This document shows positions 31,974 through 42,300 of a stretch of 64,000 bases of DNA, in pieces. The stretch is from Verrucomicrobiota bacterium. GTDB lineage: Bacteria; Verrucomicrobiota; Verrucomicrobiia; Limisphaerales; SIBE01. Position 1 is the stretch's first letter; each line of letters opens with the position of its first letter. The notes below the pieces were generated by a model. It searched no databases and had not been told where the DNA came from. It worked only from the letters and a program-made list of their open reading frames with translations. The position numbers were made by a program, and so were the translations under genes. The stretch spans positions 32,842 to 96,841 of the forward strand of contig JACQWK010000220.1 in NCBI GenBank assembly GCA_016209525.1, given 5' to 3'.

Positions 31974-33812
31974 TTATGCGGGCTGATTCTGCGGCGTGAA
32001 GTCCTTCGGCTCCCCGGGCAGGCTATAATCATAAGGCCCGCGATAGGCGTGGGGAGCAGCCGCAAAATTCCCGTGCGGGGGAGGAGTCGGCGTTTGCCAA
32101 TCCAAGGTGGTGGCTTCCCAAGGATTATCCGAAGTCACTATCTTCCCGTGCTTCATGCTCCAGAAAAAGTTGATGATAAATGGAATCTGCGCCAGGCCCA
32201 GGGCCGCCGCGGCGTGCGAGATCGTGATGTTCCAGTGCATGATGCTATCGGTCAACCCGCCGATGGCATCCTGGCCGACTTTGGCCAGGGAGTAATTGGC
32301 GCCGCCATCGGACATTCTTCGGAGCATGCCCGCCATTCCCTGAGCGAACATTGGTTGGAAGACAAGGTTCATGAAAATCAAGGAAAGCCAGAAGTGAACC
32401 TTGCCCCAGAACTCGTTCATAAGCCGGCCGGTGATTTTCGGATACCAGAAGTAGATCCCCGCCATGAGGCCGAAGATTGTCCCCGGCGCCACGACGTAAT
32501 GGAAGTGGGCAATTACGTAGTACGTGTCGTGCAGATGAATGTCACTGTAATTCAGGCCCAGCGGAAGTCCCGTCAATCCTCCGATCCCGAACATCGGAAG
32601 GAAGCCCAGCGCAAACAACATCGGCGTGTTGAACCGAATCGAGCCGCCCCACAGCGAGATGAACAGACACGACAGAATGATCACCGATGGGATCGAGATA
32701 ATCATTGTCGTGGTCTGGAAAAACGTGCTGATCTTCGTTCCCATCCCGGTCAAATACATGTGGTGCGCCCAGACGATGAACGAGAGGAACCCGATCGCTA
32801 GCACCGAATAGACCAGGGACTTGTAGCCCCAGAGCGGCTTCCGAGTGTTGTTGGCGATGACTTCCGCGACGATGCCCATCGCGGGGAGAATCAACACATA
32901 AACTTCGGGGTGCCCCAAGAACCAGAACAGATGCTGCCACAACAAAGGGCTGCCTCCACCGCTGACATTGGCAATCGCCCCTCCGGCCGCCAGACCCGTC
33001 GGCAAAAAGAAACTGGTGTGCGCCAGCTTGTCCATGAGCTGCATGACCGCCGCGGCTTCCAGGGGAGGGAAAGCCAGCAAAAGGAGAAACGCCGTGACGA
33101 ATTGCGCCCAGACGAAAAACGGCAAACGCATCCAGGTCATCCCGGGCGCGCGCAATTGGATGATCGTGGCGATGAAATTGACCGCGCCCAGCAAGGACGA
33201 GGTGATCAGGAACACCATTCCAATGATCCAAAAGGTCTGGCCGTTCGTCGGAATTTGGGTCGCCAGCGGCGAATAGGATGTCCATCCCGCCTGAGCGGCG
33301 CCGCCCGGAATGAAGAAACTCGTGAACATGATCACGCCTCCGATCACGTACGCGTGATAGCTGGCCATGTTCACCCGAGGAAACGCCATGTCCGGCGCCC
33401 CGATTTGGAGCGGCACCACGAAATTGCCGAAGGCCGCAAACGCGAGTGGTACGATCGCCAGAAACACCATGATGGTCCCGTGCATCGCCCCCAACGCGTT
33501 ATACAGGTCCGCCGTGATGGAGTAGCCGCGCAGAGCGCCGTTCGCGTCCAAGACCGGCGATGCTGCGTCCCCAAGGATGGAGTGCAGGAGAGGTCCGATC
33601 ACAGGAAGGGGCTGGCCTGGGTAAGCGATCTGCCACCGCATCATCAGCATCAACCCGAAACCGACCAGCAGAAAGAGCAGTGCGGTGAAGCCGTACTGCA
33701 TTCCGATAACCTTGTGATCGGTGGAGAAAACATATTTGCGCCAGAATCCGAGCTCCTCATGATGAGGTTCATGAACTCCAGCATGGTGCGTTTCTCGAGT
33801 TGTTGGCTGCAT
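31974..33812 (-). CDS. ctaD: Cytochrome c oxidase subunit I
   Basis: DHKVIGMQY, GAPDMAFPRVN, WFLGHPEVYVLILPAMG, VWAHHMY, HDTYYVIAHFHYV; 612 aa. Confidence 0.97.
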   Translation of the reverse strand: MQPTTRETHHAGVHEPHHEELGFWRKYVFSTDHKVIGMQYGFTALLFLLVGFGLMLMMRWQIAYPGQPLPVIGPLLHSILGDAASPVLDANGALRGYSITADLYNALGAMHGTIMVFLAIVPLAFAAFGNFVVPLQIGAPDMAFPRVNMASYHAYVIGGVIMFTSFFIPGGAAQAGWTSYSPLATQIPTNGQTFWIIGMVFLITSSLLGAVNFIATIIQLRAPGMTWMRLPFFVWAQFVTAFLLLLAFPPLEAAAVMQLMDKLAHTSFFLPTGLAAGGAIANVSGGGSPLLWQHLFWFLGHPEVYVLILPAMGIVAEVIANNTRKPLWGYKSLVYSVLAIGFLSFIVWAHHMYLTGMGTKISTFFQTTTMIISIPSVIILSCLFISLWGGSIRFNTPMLFALGFLPMFGIGGLTGLPLGLNYSDIHLHDTYYVIAHFHYVVAPGTIFGLMAGIYFWYPKITGRLMNEFWGKVHFWLSLIFMNLVFQPMFAQGMAGMLRRMSDGGANYSLAKVGQDAIGGLTDSIMHWNITISHAAAALGLAQIPFIINFFWSMKHGKIVTSDNPWEATTLDWQTPTPPPHGNFAAAPHAYRGPYDYSLPGEPKDFTPQNQPA

Positions 33813-33969
33813 CGGCGAACTGGTTTTTGGTGTTTGAAACTACAAACTACGTTCTAAGCCAAACTTTTAAGGGGCGCAAGTTACATTCGCCCCAGGTTCA
33901 CTGTCAACGGCAGAATGGCGCTCTGCGTCATCGGCTCAGCTTCGAACGGACACCGGCCCCGGTGAACTC

Positions 33970-34103
33970 GTGGCGCAGATTTTTAATCTGCCGCATTGCA
34001 GAATTGCATTCTGCGGGCGCCGCGAATCGCCAGGCACTCCCTCAGTATCGAACGCCCAGCCGACGGCCAGTCGGCGATACAGCAGACTCCAAGTCTGCGC
34101 TAC
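33970..34103. repeat. 134-bp MITE-like element, family 2 copy 2 (inverted relative to copy 1)
   Basis: Hairpins GCAGATTTTTAATCTGC, GCAGAATTGCATTCTGC and GCAGACTCCAAGTCTGC. The reverse complement of its internal spacer (TGTATCGCCGACTGGCCGTCGGCTGGGCGTTCGA..) matches the copy 1 spacer (TGTATCGCCGAGTTGCACTCGGCTGGCCGTTCGA..). It lies between ctaB and ctaD. Confidence 0.8.
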
Positions 34104-34122
34104 GGGCGGCTCGGCTGAAGCC

Positions 34123-35025
34123 TCACTGCGTTTTATCCAGCACAGTCAAAGTGAGCAGCATCGGCAAAAAGATGATCGACGCGAAAAAGAGTTGCCGCGC
34201 ATGCGTCCTCGTCAACTGCCGGCAAAAGCGAACCGAGAGCGCGAGGAACGCGAAATTCAAAACTAAAATCCCGGCCAGATAGACGTTGCCGGTCAGGCTC
34301 AAGAAGAACGGACAAAGACTCGTTCCGAGAAGTCCGACCGCGGAAAGACAAACGTGGAAACAGGTCCGTTTTCCGGTTTCATCAAGCACCGGGAGCATGG
34401 CATATCCAGCCTGTGCGTACTCGTCCTTGTACAGCCACGCGATCGCCAGGAAGTGCGGGATTTGCCACATGAAAAGGATCGCGAACAGCGACCACCCTTC
34501 GAGGCTCGCTTGACCATGGCTCGCTGTCCAGCCCATCACCGGAGGAAGCGCGCCGGGGACAGCGCCGATCAGCGTGTTGAGCGAGGTGACGCGCTTGAGC
34601 GGCGTATAAACGAAAAGATAGGTCACCAACGTCACCGCGCCGAGCAAACAGGTCAGCCCGTTCACCGCCCAAGCCAAGTACATGAGACCAGAAATCGCGC
34701 AAACCACGCCAAAAATCAGCACTGTTTCCGGTTGAACCCTTCCCGAAGGCAACGGGCGGCCGGAAGTCCTCGGCATCTTCGCATCGTGCTCTCTTTCGAT
34801 CAACTGGTTGAGCGCCGCCGCGCCGCTGGCAACCAATCCTGTCGCCAACAAGGCGTGAAACATTAGTCCGTAGTCCGGGACACCGCGGCTGCCGAGGTAG
34901 AAGCCGACCAAGGTGGTCAAGAGCACCAGCGATGTCAGCCGCACTTTGATCAACTCGAGAACCACTCCGACACCGGCTTTCTCGCTCGAAGGCGAGGCGG
35001 AGAGGGACGATGCGAAAGCTTTCAT
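34123..35025 (-). CDS. ctaB: Protoheme IX farnesyltransferase (heme O synthase)
   Basis: UbiA-type motifs NQLIEREHDAKMPRTSGRPLPSGR and LFMWQIPHFLAIAW. Confidence 0.92.
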   Translation of the reverse strand: MKAFASSLSASPSSEKAGVGVVLELIKVRLTSLVLLTTLVGFYLGSRGVPDYGLMFHALLATGLVASGAAALNQLIEREHDAKMPRTSGRPLPSGRVQPETVLIFGVVCAISGLMYLAWAVNGLTCLLGAVTLVTYLFVYTPLKRVTSLNTLIGAVPGALPPVMGWTASHGQASLEGWSLFAILFMWQIPHFLAIAWLYKDEYAQAGYAMLPVLDETGKRTCFHVCLSAVGLLGTSLCPFFLSLTGNVYLAGILVLNFAFLALSVRFCRQLTRTHARQLFFASIIFLPMLLTLTVLDKTQ

Positions 35026-35034
35026 CGGCGCATG

Positions 35035-36114
35035 TTAATTTGGGCTCAACGCGGCTTTGGGCTCGCCGGACGAGATGGCCGGAATTCCATCGGCCCGCGC
35101 TCGGCATTCGGTTTCTTGAGTGGCTGGGGCCGCAACCGGAAGCCCCATGGCCCAAAGTATCGCGCCCATCACCAAACTTGCCGCGCCCAGGACGACGTGA
35201 GCCGTGGCGATATCGGCGGCTTTGTTGCTCAACACCGTCGCAGCCCCCAACCCGGCCTGCGCGACAACGAGAACGAACCACAGCATGCAGAGTTTCGCCT
35301 GAGTGGACTGAGATCCAAGCCGAGCGCGGCTGAACCATGCGGCGAGCCCCACCAAAACCAGGCAGGCGAAAGCGCCCAAGCGATGAATCATGTGCAATCC
35401 AATTTGAAATGCGGTGATCGGGTTCGGATCGAACACGTCGAGACGGTTCCTGTTGTAGGCCTCGATCGACGCGGGGTCCATCGCAGGCCAGAGTTTGCCG
35501 TAAGCCAAAGGGAAGTCGGGCACGGCCAAGCCCGCGTGCTGATGCCGCATCGTTGCTCCCAGAATCAATTGCAGAAAAATGAGCAGCGTGCCGAACACCA
35601 TCAGACGAAGAAGTCCCTTCGAAACTACAACGCCTTCGCCCCGGCTTGCTCCCGCTAGCGCGCGCCCACGCGAGGTCCACAACGCGATGAGGCTGACCAG
35701 CACGACGAACAATTGAGCAATGGCGGCATGCACGATTCCAAGGGAATTTTCAAGCAGCGTCACTCTCAAACCGCCCAGGACTCCTTGGAACACGACTCCG
35801 AAAAACGCGAACACTCCTGCCCACCGCAGCCATCGCCGCGGTTCCTTGATCCACAGCCAAACCGCCAGGACCGTGGTCAGCAATCCGACGAACGAGGCGA
35901 AGAGCCGATGGGTGTGTTCGTAAAGAATTCCGCCGACCCAGTAGGACGGCGGAAAGAGAAACATATTGTAACCATAGCTCGTCGGCCAGTCAGGCACGGC
36001 CAGACCCGCGCCGTGGCTGGTGACCAGTCCCCCAATCCCAATCAACGCCAGCGTGGACACCGCCGTCAGGACGGCGAAACGATGGAGCCAAGGATTGTCG
36101 GGAGACCGGGTCAT
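35035..36114 (-). CDS. ctaA: Heme A synthase (COX15/CtaA)
   Basis: Eight-TM profile with LYEHTHRLFASFVG, GATMRHQHAGLAVPDFP and HMIHRLGAF. Confidence 0.88.
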   Translation of the reverse strand: MTRSPDNPWLHRFAVLTAVSTLALIGIGGLVTSHGAGLAVPDWPTSYGYNMFLFPPSYWVGGILYEHTHRLFASFVGLLTTVLAVWLWIKEPRRWLRWAGVFAFFGVVFQGVLGGLRVTLLENSLGIVHAAIAQLFVVLVSLIALWTSRGRALAGASRGEGVVVSKGLLRLMVFGTLLIFLQLILGATMRHQHAGLAVPDFPLAYGKLWPAMDPASIEAYNRNRLDVFDPNPITAFQIGLHMIHRLGAFACLVLVGLAAWFSRARLGSQSTQAKLCMLWFVLVVAQAGLGAATVLSNKAADIATAHVVLGAASLVMGAILWAMGLPVAAPATQETECRARADGIPAISSGEPKAALSPN

Positions 36115-36129
36115 GCGGCGCGTTGAACT

Positions 36130-36160
36130 GAAAAGCCGCTGCGGCTGATCCCCGCAGCGG
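36130..36160 (-). terminator. Rho-independent terminator after the cupredoxin-like gene
   Basis: Minus strand reads GCCGCTGCGG-GGATCAG-CCGCAGCGGC followed by TTTTCAGTT. It begins about 33 nt after the stop codon and ends 16 nt before the ctaA ATG. Confidence 0.6.
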
Positions 36161-36192
36161 CGGCAACAAGCGACGAAGAAGCGCGCGATGGA

Positions 36193-36918
36193 TTATTGGG
36201 CTGCGGCTTCAATGGTAAAGTCGGCCTTCGCTCCGTCGGGCCCAACCTTCATCTTTTGGGTGGTTCCCTTCCCACTCGGATGCGTCTTTCGATGCACCAT
36301 TTCGATCACATAATCTCCCGGCGGCACGTTGGCGATCTTGTAAGTCCCGTCTTTGCCGGAGACCGCGAAATAGGGATGATCCACCACGCCGACATACGCA
36401 AACATCCACGGATGCACATCGCACTTGAAGCGGAGAAAGACTTCCGGGTTGTCGAACATGTATTCCAGAGGGGCTTGGTTGGCGGCTTGGGCTCTGTTGG
36501 ACTCCTTGTTTCCGGCCACCGTCGGGGTCGGATGCACGTTGTGGAGGAGTGGATCGGAATTGCTGACCAACAGTTTTTGTTTGGTTTGAAGCCCCAGAAC
36601 ATAGGGCAGATACTCGCAGCCCTTCTGGTCCAGCTTCACCGGTTCAGCCGGCGGCGCCGGTTTTGAAGTCACTCCTTCTTTGAGGTAAACAAACACATCG
36701 GCGAGTCCGCCGTTCGCGTCCACCACATAAAATCGCGTGGTCGGGATCGGTTTTCCGGCAAACAGTTTGCCGCAGAACGGATCGTTCGCCACCGGCAATT
36801 GCTTCTCGGGCGCAGGCTTGCCCTTCAACGTTATCTTCCCCGTGATATCCCCCGCGGTCGCCATTGGAACAGTTCCCACGCAGAATGCCGCTGCCCAAAA
36901 CCAAATTAATCTCTTCAT
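36193..36918 (-). CDS. Secreted cupredoxin-like (type-1 copper motif) protein
   Basis: Signal peptide MKRLIWFWAAAFCVGTVPMATA. Candidate ligands are LLHNVHP (His) and FKCDVHPWM (C-x2-H-x2-M), followed by a C-terminal beta-sandwich (GTYKIANVPPGDYVI). ORF runs 36193..36969. Confidence 0.65.
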   Translation of the reverse strand: MKRLIWFWAAAFCVGTVPMATAGDITGKITLKGKPAPEKQLPVANDPFCGKLFAGKPIPTTRFYVVDANGGLADVFVYLKEGVTSKPAPPAEPVKLDQKGCEYLPYVLGLQTKQKLLVSNSDPLLHNVHPTPTVAGNKESNRAQAANQAPLEYMFDNPEVFLRFKCDVHPWMFAYVGVVDHPYFAVSGKDGTYKIANVPPGDYVIEMVHRKTHPSGKGTTQKMKVGPDGAKADFTIEAAAQ

Positions 36919-36994
36919 AAACTTTCTTCTTGATTGTTGCTGCTCTGAATTTCGCGCGCACCTTAACACTGCGGTTTTGGACGGGCAAGTGATT

Positions 36995-37010
36995 TGTGAA
37001 ACTTTTCACA
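36995..37010. promoter_or_regulatory. CRP/FNR-family-type site TGTGA-N6-TCACA upstream of the cupredoxin-like gene
   Basis: TGTGAAACTTTTCACA within the extended palindrome TTTGTGAAACTTTTCACAAA. Lies 77-92 nt upstream of ATG 36918. Confidence 0.45.
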
Positions 37011-37090
37011 AAGTCGCATCCTTTCGCTCCTCCTCCGCTCTGGTTCAGCCTTGTTTCCAGTCGCCAGTGCGTCGAAAAGTCCAGCGCGAT

Positions 37091-37591
37091 TCACGCGGTC
37101 TGATTGGCCGCCAACCGCTCAATCCGCTTCATCGTCTGTGCCATGTCAATCGCGGTGTTGGCGGCTTCGAGACCACGATTGTGCGTCCGGCTCAAACAAC
37201 GAACTCGCGCTTGCTCTTCGTTTTCCAAGAGCAACACCTCATGGATGACCGGGACGCGATAGGCGACTTGGATTTCCGCGAACGCGTGGCTGACGGCCTG
37301 GCCGATGTGCTCGGCGTGAGTCGTTTCACCCCGCAAGATCACTCCCAAACAGATGATCGCCGAAAAAGGGCGCTTCGACTCCGCCGCCAATTTTGCCGCG
37401 ACCGCGGGAATCTCGAATGCTCCCGGCACTCGCACGACCTCCACTTGCGCCGCGCCCGCTTGGACGAGCGCGGCCTTCGCCGGGCGCAGCATGCCATCGA
37501 CAAATTTCGTGTTGTACTTTGACGCGACGATGGCGAAGCGCGCGCCGCGCGCAAGACTGCTTTTCCCTTTCGTGAATGCCTGTTTCAACAT
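37091..37591 (-). CDS. ribH: 6,7-dimethyl-8-ribityllumazine synthase
   Basis: RFAIVASKYN, VPGAFEIP, ICLGVILRGETTHAEH. Confidence 0.93.
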   Translation of the reverse strand: MLKQAFTKGKSSLARGARFAIVASKYNTKFVDGMLRPAKAALVQAGAAQVEVVRVPGAFEIPAVAAKLAAESKRPFSAIICLGVILRGETTHAEHIGQAVSHAFAEIQVAYRVPVIHEVLLLENEEQARVRCLSRTHNRGLEAANTAIDMAQTMKRIERLAANQTA

Positions 37592-37672
37592 GGGTGATGA
37601 AGGAGCCGAGGATTATTAGTCAGTTCATGAGTAGGATCTAGACGTCTCGAAGCAGCGCCGCCGGCCCGACGT

Positions 37673-38872
37673 TCAAATCAAGTGCCCTAGCTTTTCCCGT
37701 TTAGTCTGAAGATATCTTCGATTGTGTGGATTGGGCCGCACCCGGATGGGTACCTGTTCGACAATCTCCAGCCCGTACCCTTCCAATCCTACAACCTTTT
37801 TCGGATTATTGGTCAGGAGCCTGATCGTCTTGATCCCCAAATCGACCAGGATTTGCGCACCCAAACCGTATTCCCGAAGGTCCATCGGATAACCGAGTTT
37901 GAGATTTGCTTGCACGGTGTCGTAGCCTCGCTCTTGAAGCTTGTAGGCCTTGATTTTCGAGACCAGCCCGATCCCACGGCCTTCCTGCCGCATATAGATA
38001 ATGGCCCCGCACCCAGCCGCCGCCACGTGCTGCATCGCTTGATGCAGTTGCGGGCCGCAATCGCACCGCTGCGAGCCGAACACATCGCCGGTCAGGCATT
38101 CGCTGTGGACGCGCACGAGCACATCTTTCTGTTCCGCGACGTCGCCCTTGACCAGCGCCAAGTGGTGCTGCCCGTCCACGCAGGATCGATAGAGATACAG
38201 TTCGAAATCGCCGTAATCGGTGGGCATCCGCACGACTTCCACGCGCTCGACCAATTTTTCGCGGGTCCGGCGGTAGCGAATCAGCGCTTCGATCGTGGCC
38301 AGTCTCAATTTGTGGCGGCGCGCGAGCTTGATCAATTCCGGCAAGCGCGCCATCGAGCCATCCTCGCTCATGATCTCGCAAATCACCGCGATGGGACGCA
38401 GGCCGGCCAATTTGACCAAATCCACGGCGGCTTCTGTGTGGCCGGCCCGTTGGAGCACCCCGCCGGGTTTGGCGCGGAGCGGAAACACGTGGCCCGGTTG
38501 CACCAAATCATTCGGCACGGCGGTGGGATCCGCCATGACTCGGATCGTGTGCGCCCGGTCCGCGGCGCTGATGCCGGTGGTGATTCCATTGGCCGCATCG
38601 ACGCTGACTTGGAAATCCGTTTTGAAAGTGTCGCGGTTCTGCACCACCATCTGCTCGATCCCAAGCTGCTTCAGCCGTTCCGAAGTTGTCGGGACGCAGA
38701 TCAAACCGCGGCCAAATTTGGCCATGAAATTGACGGCCTCCGGAGTCGCGCATTCGGCGGCGATGATCAAATCACCCTCGTTCTCGCGGTCCGCGTCATC
38801 GACGACGATGACCATCTTTCCCGCCCGCAGATCAGCGACGACCGCTTCGATGGTATCAAACGGATCCTTCAT
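37673..38872 (-). CDS. ribBA: Bifunctional 3,4-dihydroxy-2-butanone-4-phosphate synthase / GTP cyclohydrolase II
   Basis: VVDDADRENEGDLI, RAGHTEA, VRVHSECLTGDVFGSQRCDCGPQL, EGRGIGL. ORF runs 37673..38935; ATG 38872 gives the canonical N-terminus MKDPFDTIE. Confidence 0.95.
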   Translation of the reverse strand: MKDPFDTIEAVVADLRAGKMVIVVDDADRENEGDLIIAAECATPEAVNFMAKFGRGLICVPTTSERLKQLGIEQMVVQNRDTFKTDFQVSVDAANGITTGISAADRAHTIRVMADPTAVPNDLVQPGHVFPLRAKPGGVLQRAGHTEAAVDLVKLAGLRPIAVICEIMSEDGSMARLPELIKLARRHKLRLATIEALIRYRRTREKLVERVEVVRMPTDYGDFELYLYRSCVDGQHHLALVKGDVAEQKDVLVRVHSECLTGDVFGSQRCDCGPQLHQAMQHVAAAGCGAIIYMRQEGRGIGLVSKIKAYKLQERGYDTVQANLKLGYPMDLREYGLGAQILVDLGIKTIRLLTNNPKKVVGLEGYGLEIVEQVPIRVRPNPHNRRYLQTKREKLGHLI

Positions 38873-38929
38873 ACAGTCCGAGGCGAGCCTATTGTGCAGT
38901 TCATAACTATCCCGACCTTGCAGCATGCC

Positions 38930-39204
38930 CCTCACCCCAGCCCTCTCCCCATCGGATGGGGAGAGGGTGGCCGAAGGCCGAGTGAGCGGTATCGTCTTAC
39001 TTTTGAACTCATTAATAGGTTTTTTCGTTCTCTTCGTCGCGAAAAAAATTCTTCAGACAGAATCTCAGCAGGGATGCATCAAGCTCACCGAATCCTCCCT
39101 CTCCTCCATCGGATGGAGGAGAGGGTCGGGGAGAGGAGGCGCCTTTTTGTTGGTTTCCCCTCTCCTTGTTCCTCTCCCCACTCGTTCCTCGCGGGGAGAG
39201 GATG
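38930..39204. repeat. Cluster of CCCTCTCC..GGAGAGGG hairpins (LTPALSP..GER-type REP)
   Basis: CTCACCCCAGCCCTCTCCCCATCGGATGGGGAGAGGGTGG (38930-38969); CTCCCTCTCCTCCATCGGATGGAGGAGAGGGTCGGGGAGAGG (39084-39136); CCCCTCTCC..CGCGGGGAGAGGATG (39157-39204). Confidence 0.75.
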
Positions 39205-39265
39205 AAGAGCTTGATGCAGCCCTGGAATCTCAGCCAGGGCTGAATCAAAAATCGCACCTGAGGGC

Positions 39266-39335
39266 GTAGCCGCCGAGGTGACGAGGCGGAAATTGTTGAC
39301 AACGCCGACATCCGCCTCCTGACGTCGGCGGCTAC
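39266..39335. repeat. 70-bp hairpin element, family 1 copy b
   Basis: GTAGCCGCCGAGGTGACGAGGCGGAAATTGTTGACAACGCCGACATCCGCCTCCTGACGTCGGCGGCTAC. Confidence 0.8.
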
Positions 39336-39388
39336 AGATGCTCAAATCCACCCCGGATTCTCTCAGATCGCGCGAGCCGCGGCTCGTG

Positions 39389-42300
39389 TTACGGCAAGAC
39401 CACAATGCGGTAGAAACGCGCAGGCCGCTGATTGATCGGGACGGCATCCCGGACGACCGCCTCGCGCGCCTCACTGCTGCCAGTAACGCTTTCCAGGAGC
39501 CTCCAAGCCGGCGGCGCGATCTCGTCCGAGAATTCCACGCGGTAGGCCCGGCCAGGCTGCGCCGAAAAGCGGATCGATAGACTCCCGCCATTCACCATCA
39601 TTGCCTCCACGCGGAAGCGGCTGGAGGCATCACGCGGATTCGTGCCGCTCACAAACTCGGCAAGATTGGACATCCCGTCCTGATCGGCATCGCCTGCGGC
39701 GTCCGCCGGCGAGGTCGGGTCAAAGCCGTGCCGCGTTTCCCAAGCGTTGTCGATGCCGTCCTGATCGGCGTCGCCAGGGGCAATGAGGTTCGGCGCCGCA
39801 GGAGTGGGCGTGCCCGGAAAGCGCACGATCTGCGGCGCGCCGTCGGGATAACGGCCTTCGGAGACGCCATCGAGTTGCACGATGAAATCCACGGCGTCGA
39901 TGATCTGCGAACTTGGATTGAGCAGGCGAATCGTTTCGCCGAACCGATCGAGCTGAAAGGGCGTGTGCTGCGGGCCTCGGGTTGGCGCGCCGTCGGTGTG
40001 GAACCGCACGAACGCCCCCGCATCGATAAACGTCAACGCGGGAATTCGATTGTTGGTAGCGCCGCGAATCGAGGGATCGTCCGTCAGCACCCAGCGTTCG
40101 AGACTGACCGGCAGCGCCGCCGGATTGTAGAGCTCCACAAAATCATTGGTTCCGCCGCCGGCGGCCATCCATTCGTTTAGACGGAGTCCATTCCCCGGAT
40201 CGAGCGCTGCTAGCGGCCCGTTAGCTTGGCCGGGCGTAGGCGCGGACAGCAAAACCCATTGCAGATTCACGCGGCCAAGCGAACGATTGGCAACCTGCAA
40301 ACCGTATTCGACGCGATCAATGATTCGGTCGCGCGAATCGCGGAGGGTTAGCACCGAAGCGTCATCGTGGAGGGAGGTGGGAAACGCGTGGGAGTACGGC
40401 TGCGGCGCGAAGTCCATCGGCATCGATCCAAAATAAACCAGAGTCCGCTCGCTCGCGCCAAGCTGGGCGTCGAGGCGAAAGGGCCATCGGAGAAGCGGCG
40501 CGCCCGGCGCGTCCACACCCACAGAGTATCCAGCCAGCGAAATCGCTGCGCCGGAGACGTTCTCGATCTCCACCCAATCGGGCCCTGGGGCTGAGCGCGC
40601 GAGAAATTCTGAAATCCGCAGGCGCGTGCCCAACTCCGCGAGGTAATTGCTCGCGCCGCGCGTCGCGCTGAACAGGAGCGGTTGAAACGCGCCGCTGCCG
40701 TCGGGAATTCGGCCGAACGTGATGTCCGTCGCTTGCGGTCCGTACGTGACGCGGTCCAGTTCCTCGCCGTTTGGAGCCAGCAAGGCGATCATTCCACTGG
40801 ACGCGGGCAATTTGAGATCGACGTGATCAGGTCCGGGATTCTCATCCGCGCGGAGAACGATGAATCCTCCGGCACCGATGAAGGCGGGAGACGCGATGCG
40901 CGCCAGAGCATTGCTGGTGGCGACGGCGCAGCCTTGAAGCGCGACGGCGAGTGAACCTGAGTTGTGCAGTTCGATCCAATCGTCGCCGCCGTCCGGGTTC
41001 GCCAAGAACTCATTGATCTTCACACCCGTGAGCGGACCGAGCGTTGCCGCCTCGTTCGGCCCCTCGGGCGTTGGATCGCAAAGCGCCCATCGACCCTCGA
41101 CGCGGCCGGCGGTGTAGCCATCCGCCACGGGGCCGTACCAAGCGACATCGGCCCGATTGGTGAGGGGATCGAAGAGCGCGATGGTTTCGCCGTCGCGATT
41201 CAGATTGAACGAGGCTTTGAGGCGGCCTGATTCTGAACCTCCGCCGCAGTCAATCCGCAGGAAGCCTTCCGCCGGAATCCATGTCCCGGACGGCACGACG
41301 AATTGCCGCGGATCGGAGTTATCGCTGAGGGACCAGCCGCTCAATTGAACGGCGCTCGCGCCGGCGTTGTAGAGTTCGAGCCAGTCGCGATCCGTGCCCG
41401 GCTGCAACTCGTTGATTCGAATTAAGGGCGGTGCTGGGGAACTGTTTGGGGCACTCGGTGAACCGCCCGGCAAGCTGGCCTTCCAGTTGGAGGGATCATC
41501 CGGTTCGCGCTGGGCATCGACCACTTCGAGTGACGCGCCAGTCCCATCGGCCGCGGTTGGCCAGAAGCCAGAGGCTCGATAATCGGCCGAAGTGATGACG
41601 CGTCCGGAGGAGTCCAACAACTCGATTCGTTCCCCGTTATTGTCGAGTGATCCGGAAAACCAACCCGCGGCGGAGACGTTGGGATAGCGCCGCTGAAAGT
41701 CGGCAGGCCGGGCATCATTCGCGACGACGATTTTTGCACCCGGCGCAAGCTCCGGAAACGGCGCCGGAAACCGAAAGGCAATTCCGGCAAAACTGCATCC
41801 GCTCAAGTCCACCGGAAGGCCGCCGGTATTCTCCAGCTCGACATACTCGTAGGCCTCGCCGCCGGGAGGATGGTACATGATCTCCGTGATCCGAACCGGA
41901 TTGCCGGGTTGAGTGGTCTCAAAGTCGAGATCGATGACCGCGCTCCAGTTGGTTCCGGCGAGCGAACGCGCCGTGAGATGCAGAGGGCCGCTCACGGTGA
42001 GAGGCGCTCGGTAGGCCAAGGCGGCAGTGCTTCTCGCCCAGGTGAAAGCGACTCGCGGATCAGTCCCATTCGTCGTGTGGAGGATTTCGCCCGTGAGATT
42101 CTGGAGACTCAGTTGGTAGCCGGCTGGAACGTGCCCGCCAAACTGACTCGCGACCGGCGCATTCGACGAAGCGAGGAATCCCGCCTTTTGAAACGCGTTC
42201 GTGACATACCGCCTTCGGCCCGTGATCCAGCTCCCGATGACATCATTGAAGCCGGAAATAGACGGGGCAACTTGGGCCTTCATCACGTTGTATCGCGCCC

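Noticed and set aside
37724-39205. 493-aa plus-strand ORF
   Set aside because: It is antisense to a textbook ribBA gene. Its translation is Arg/His/Gly/Pro-rich and low in complexity, as is typical of shadow ORFs in GC-rich DNA.
38873-39388. Expected FMN (RFN) riboswitch upstream of ribBA
   Set aside because: I read both strands and did not find the conserved RFN core. The region is occupied by CCCTCTCC/GGAGAGGG REP hairpins and a family 1 hairpin. A covariance-model scan (Rfam RF00050) would be the decisive test.
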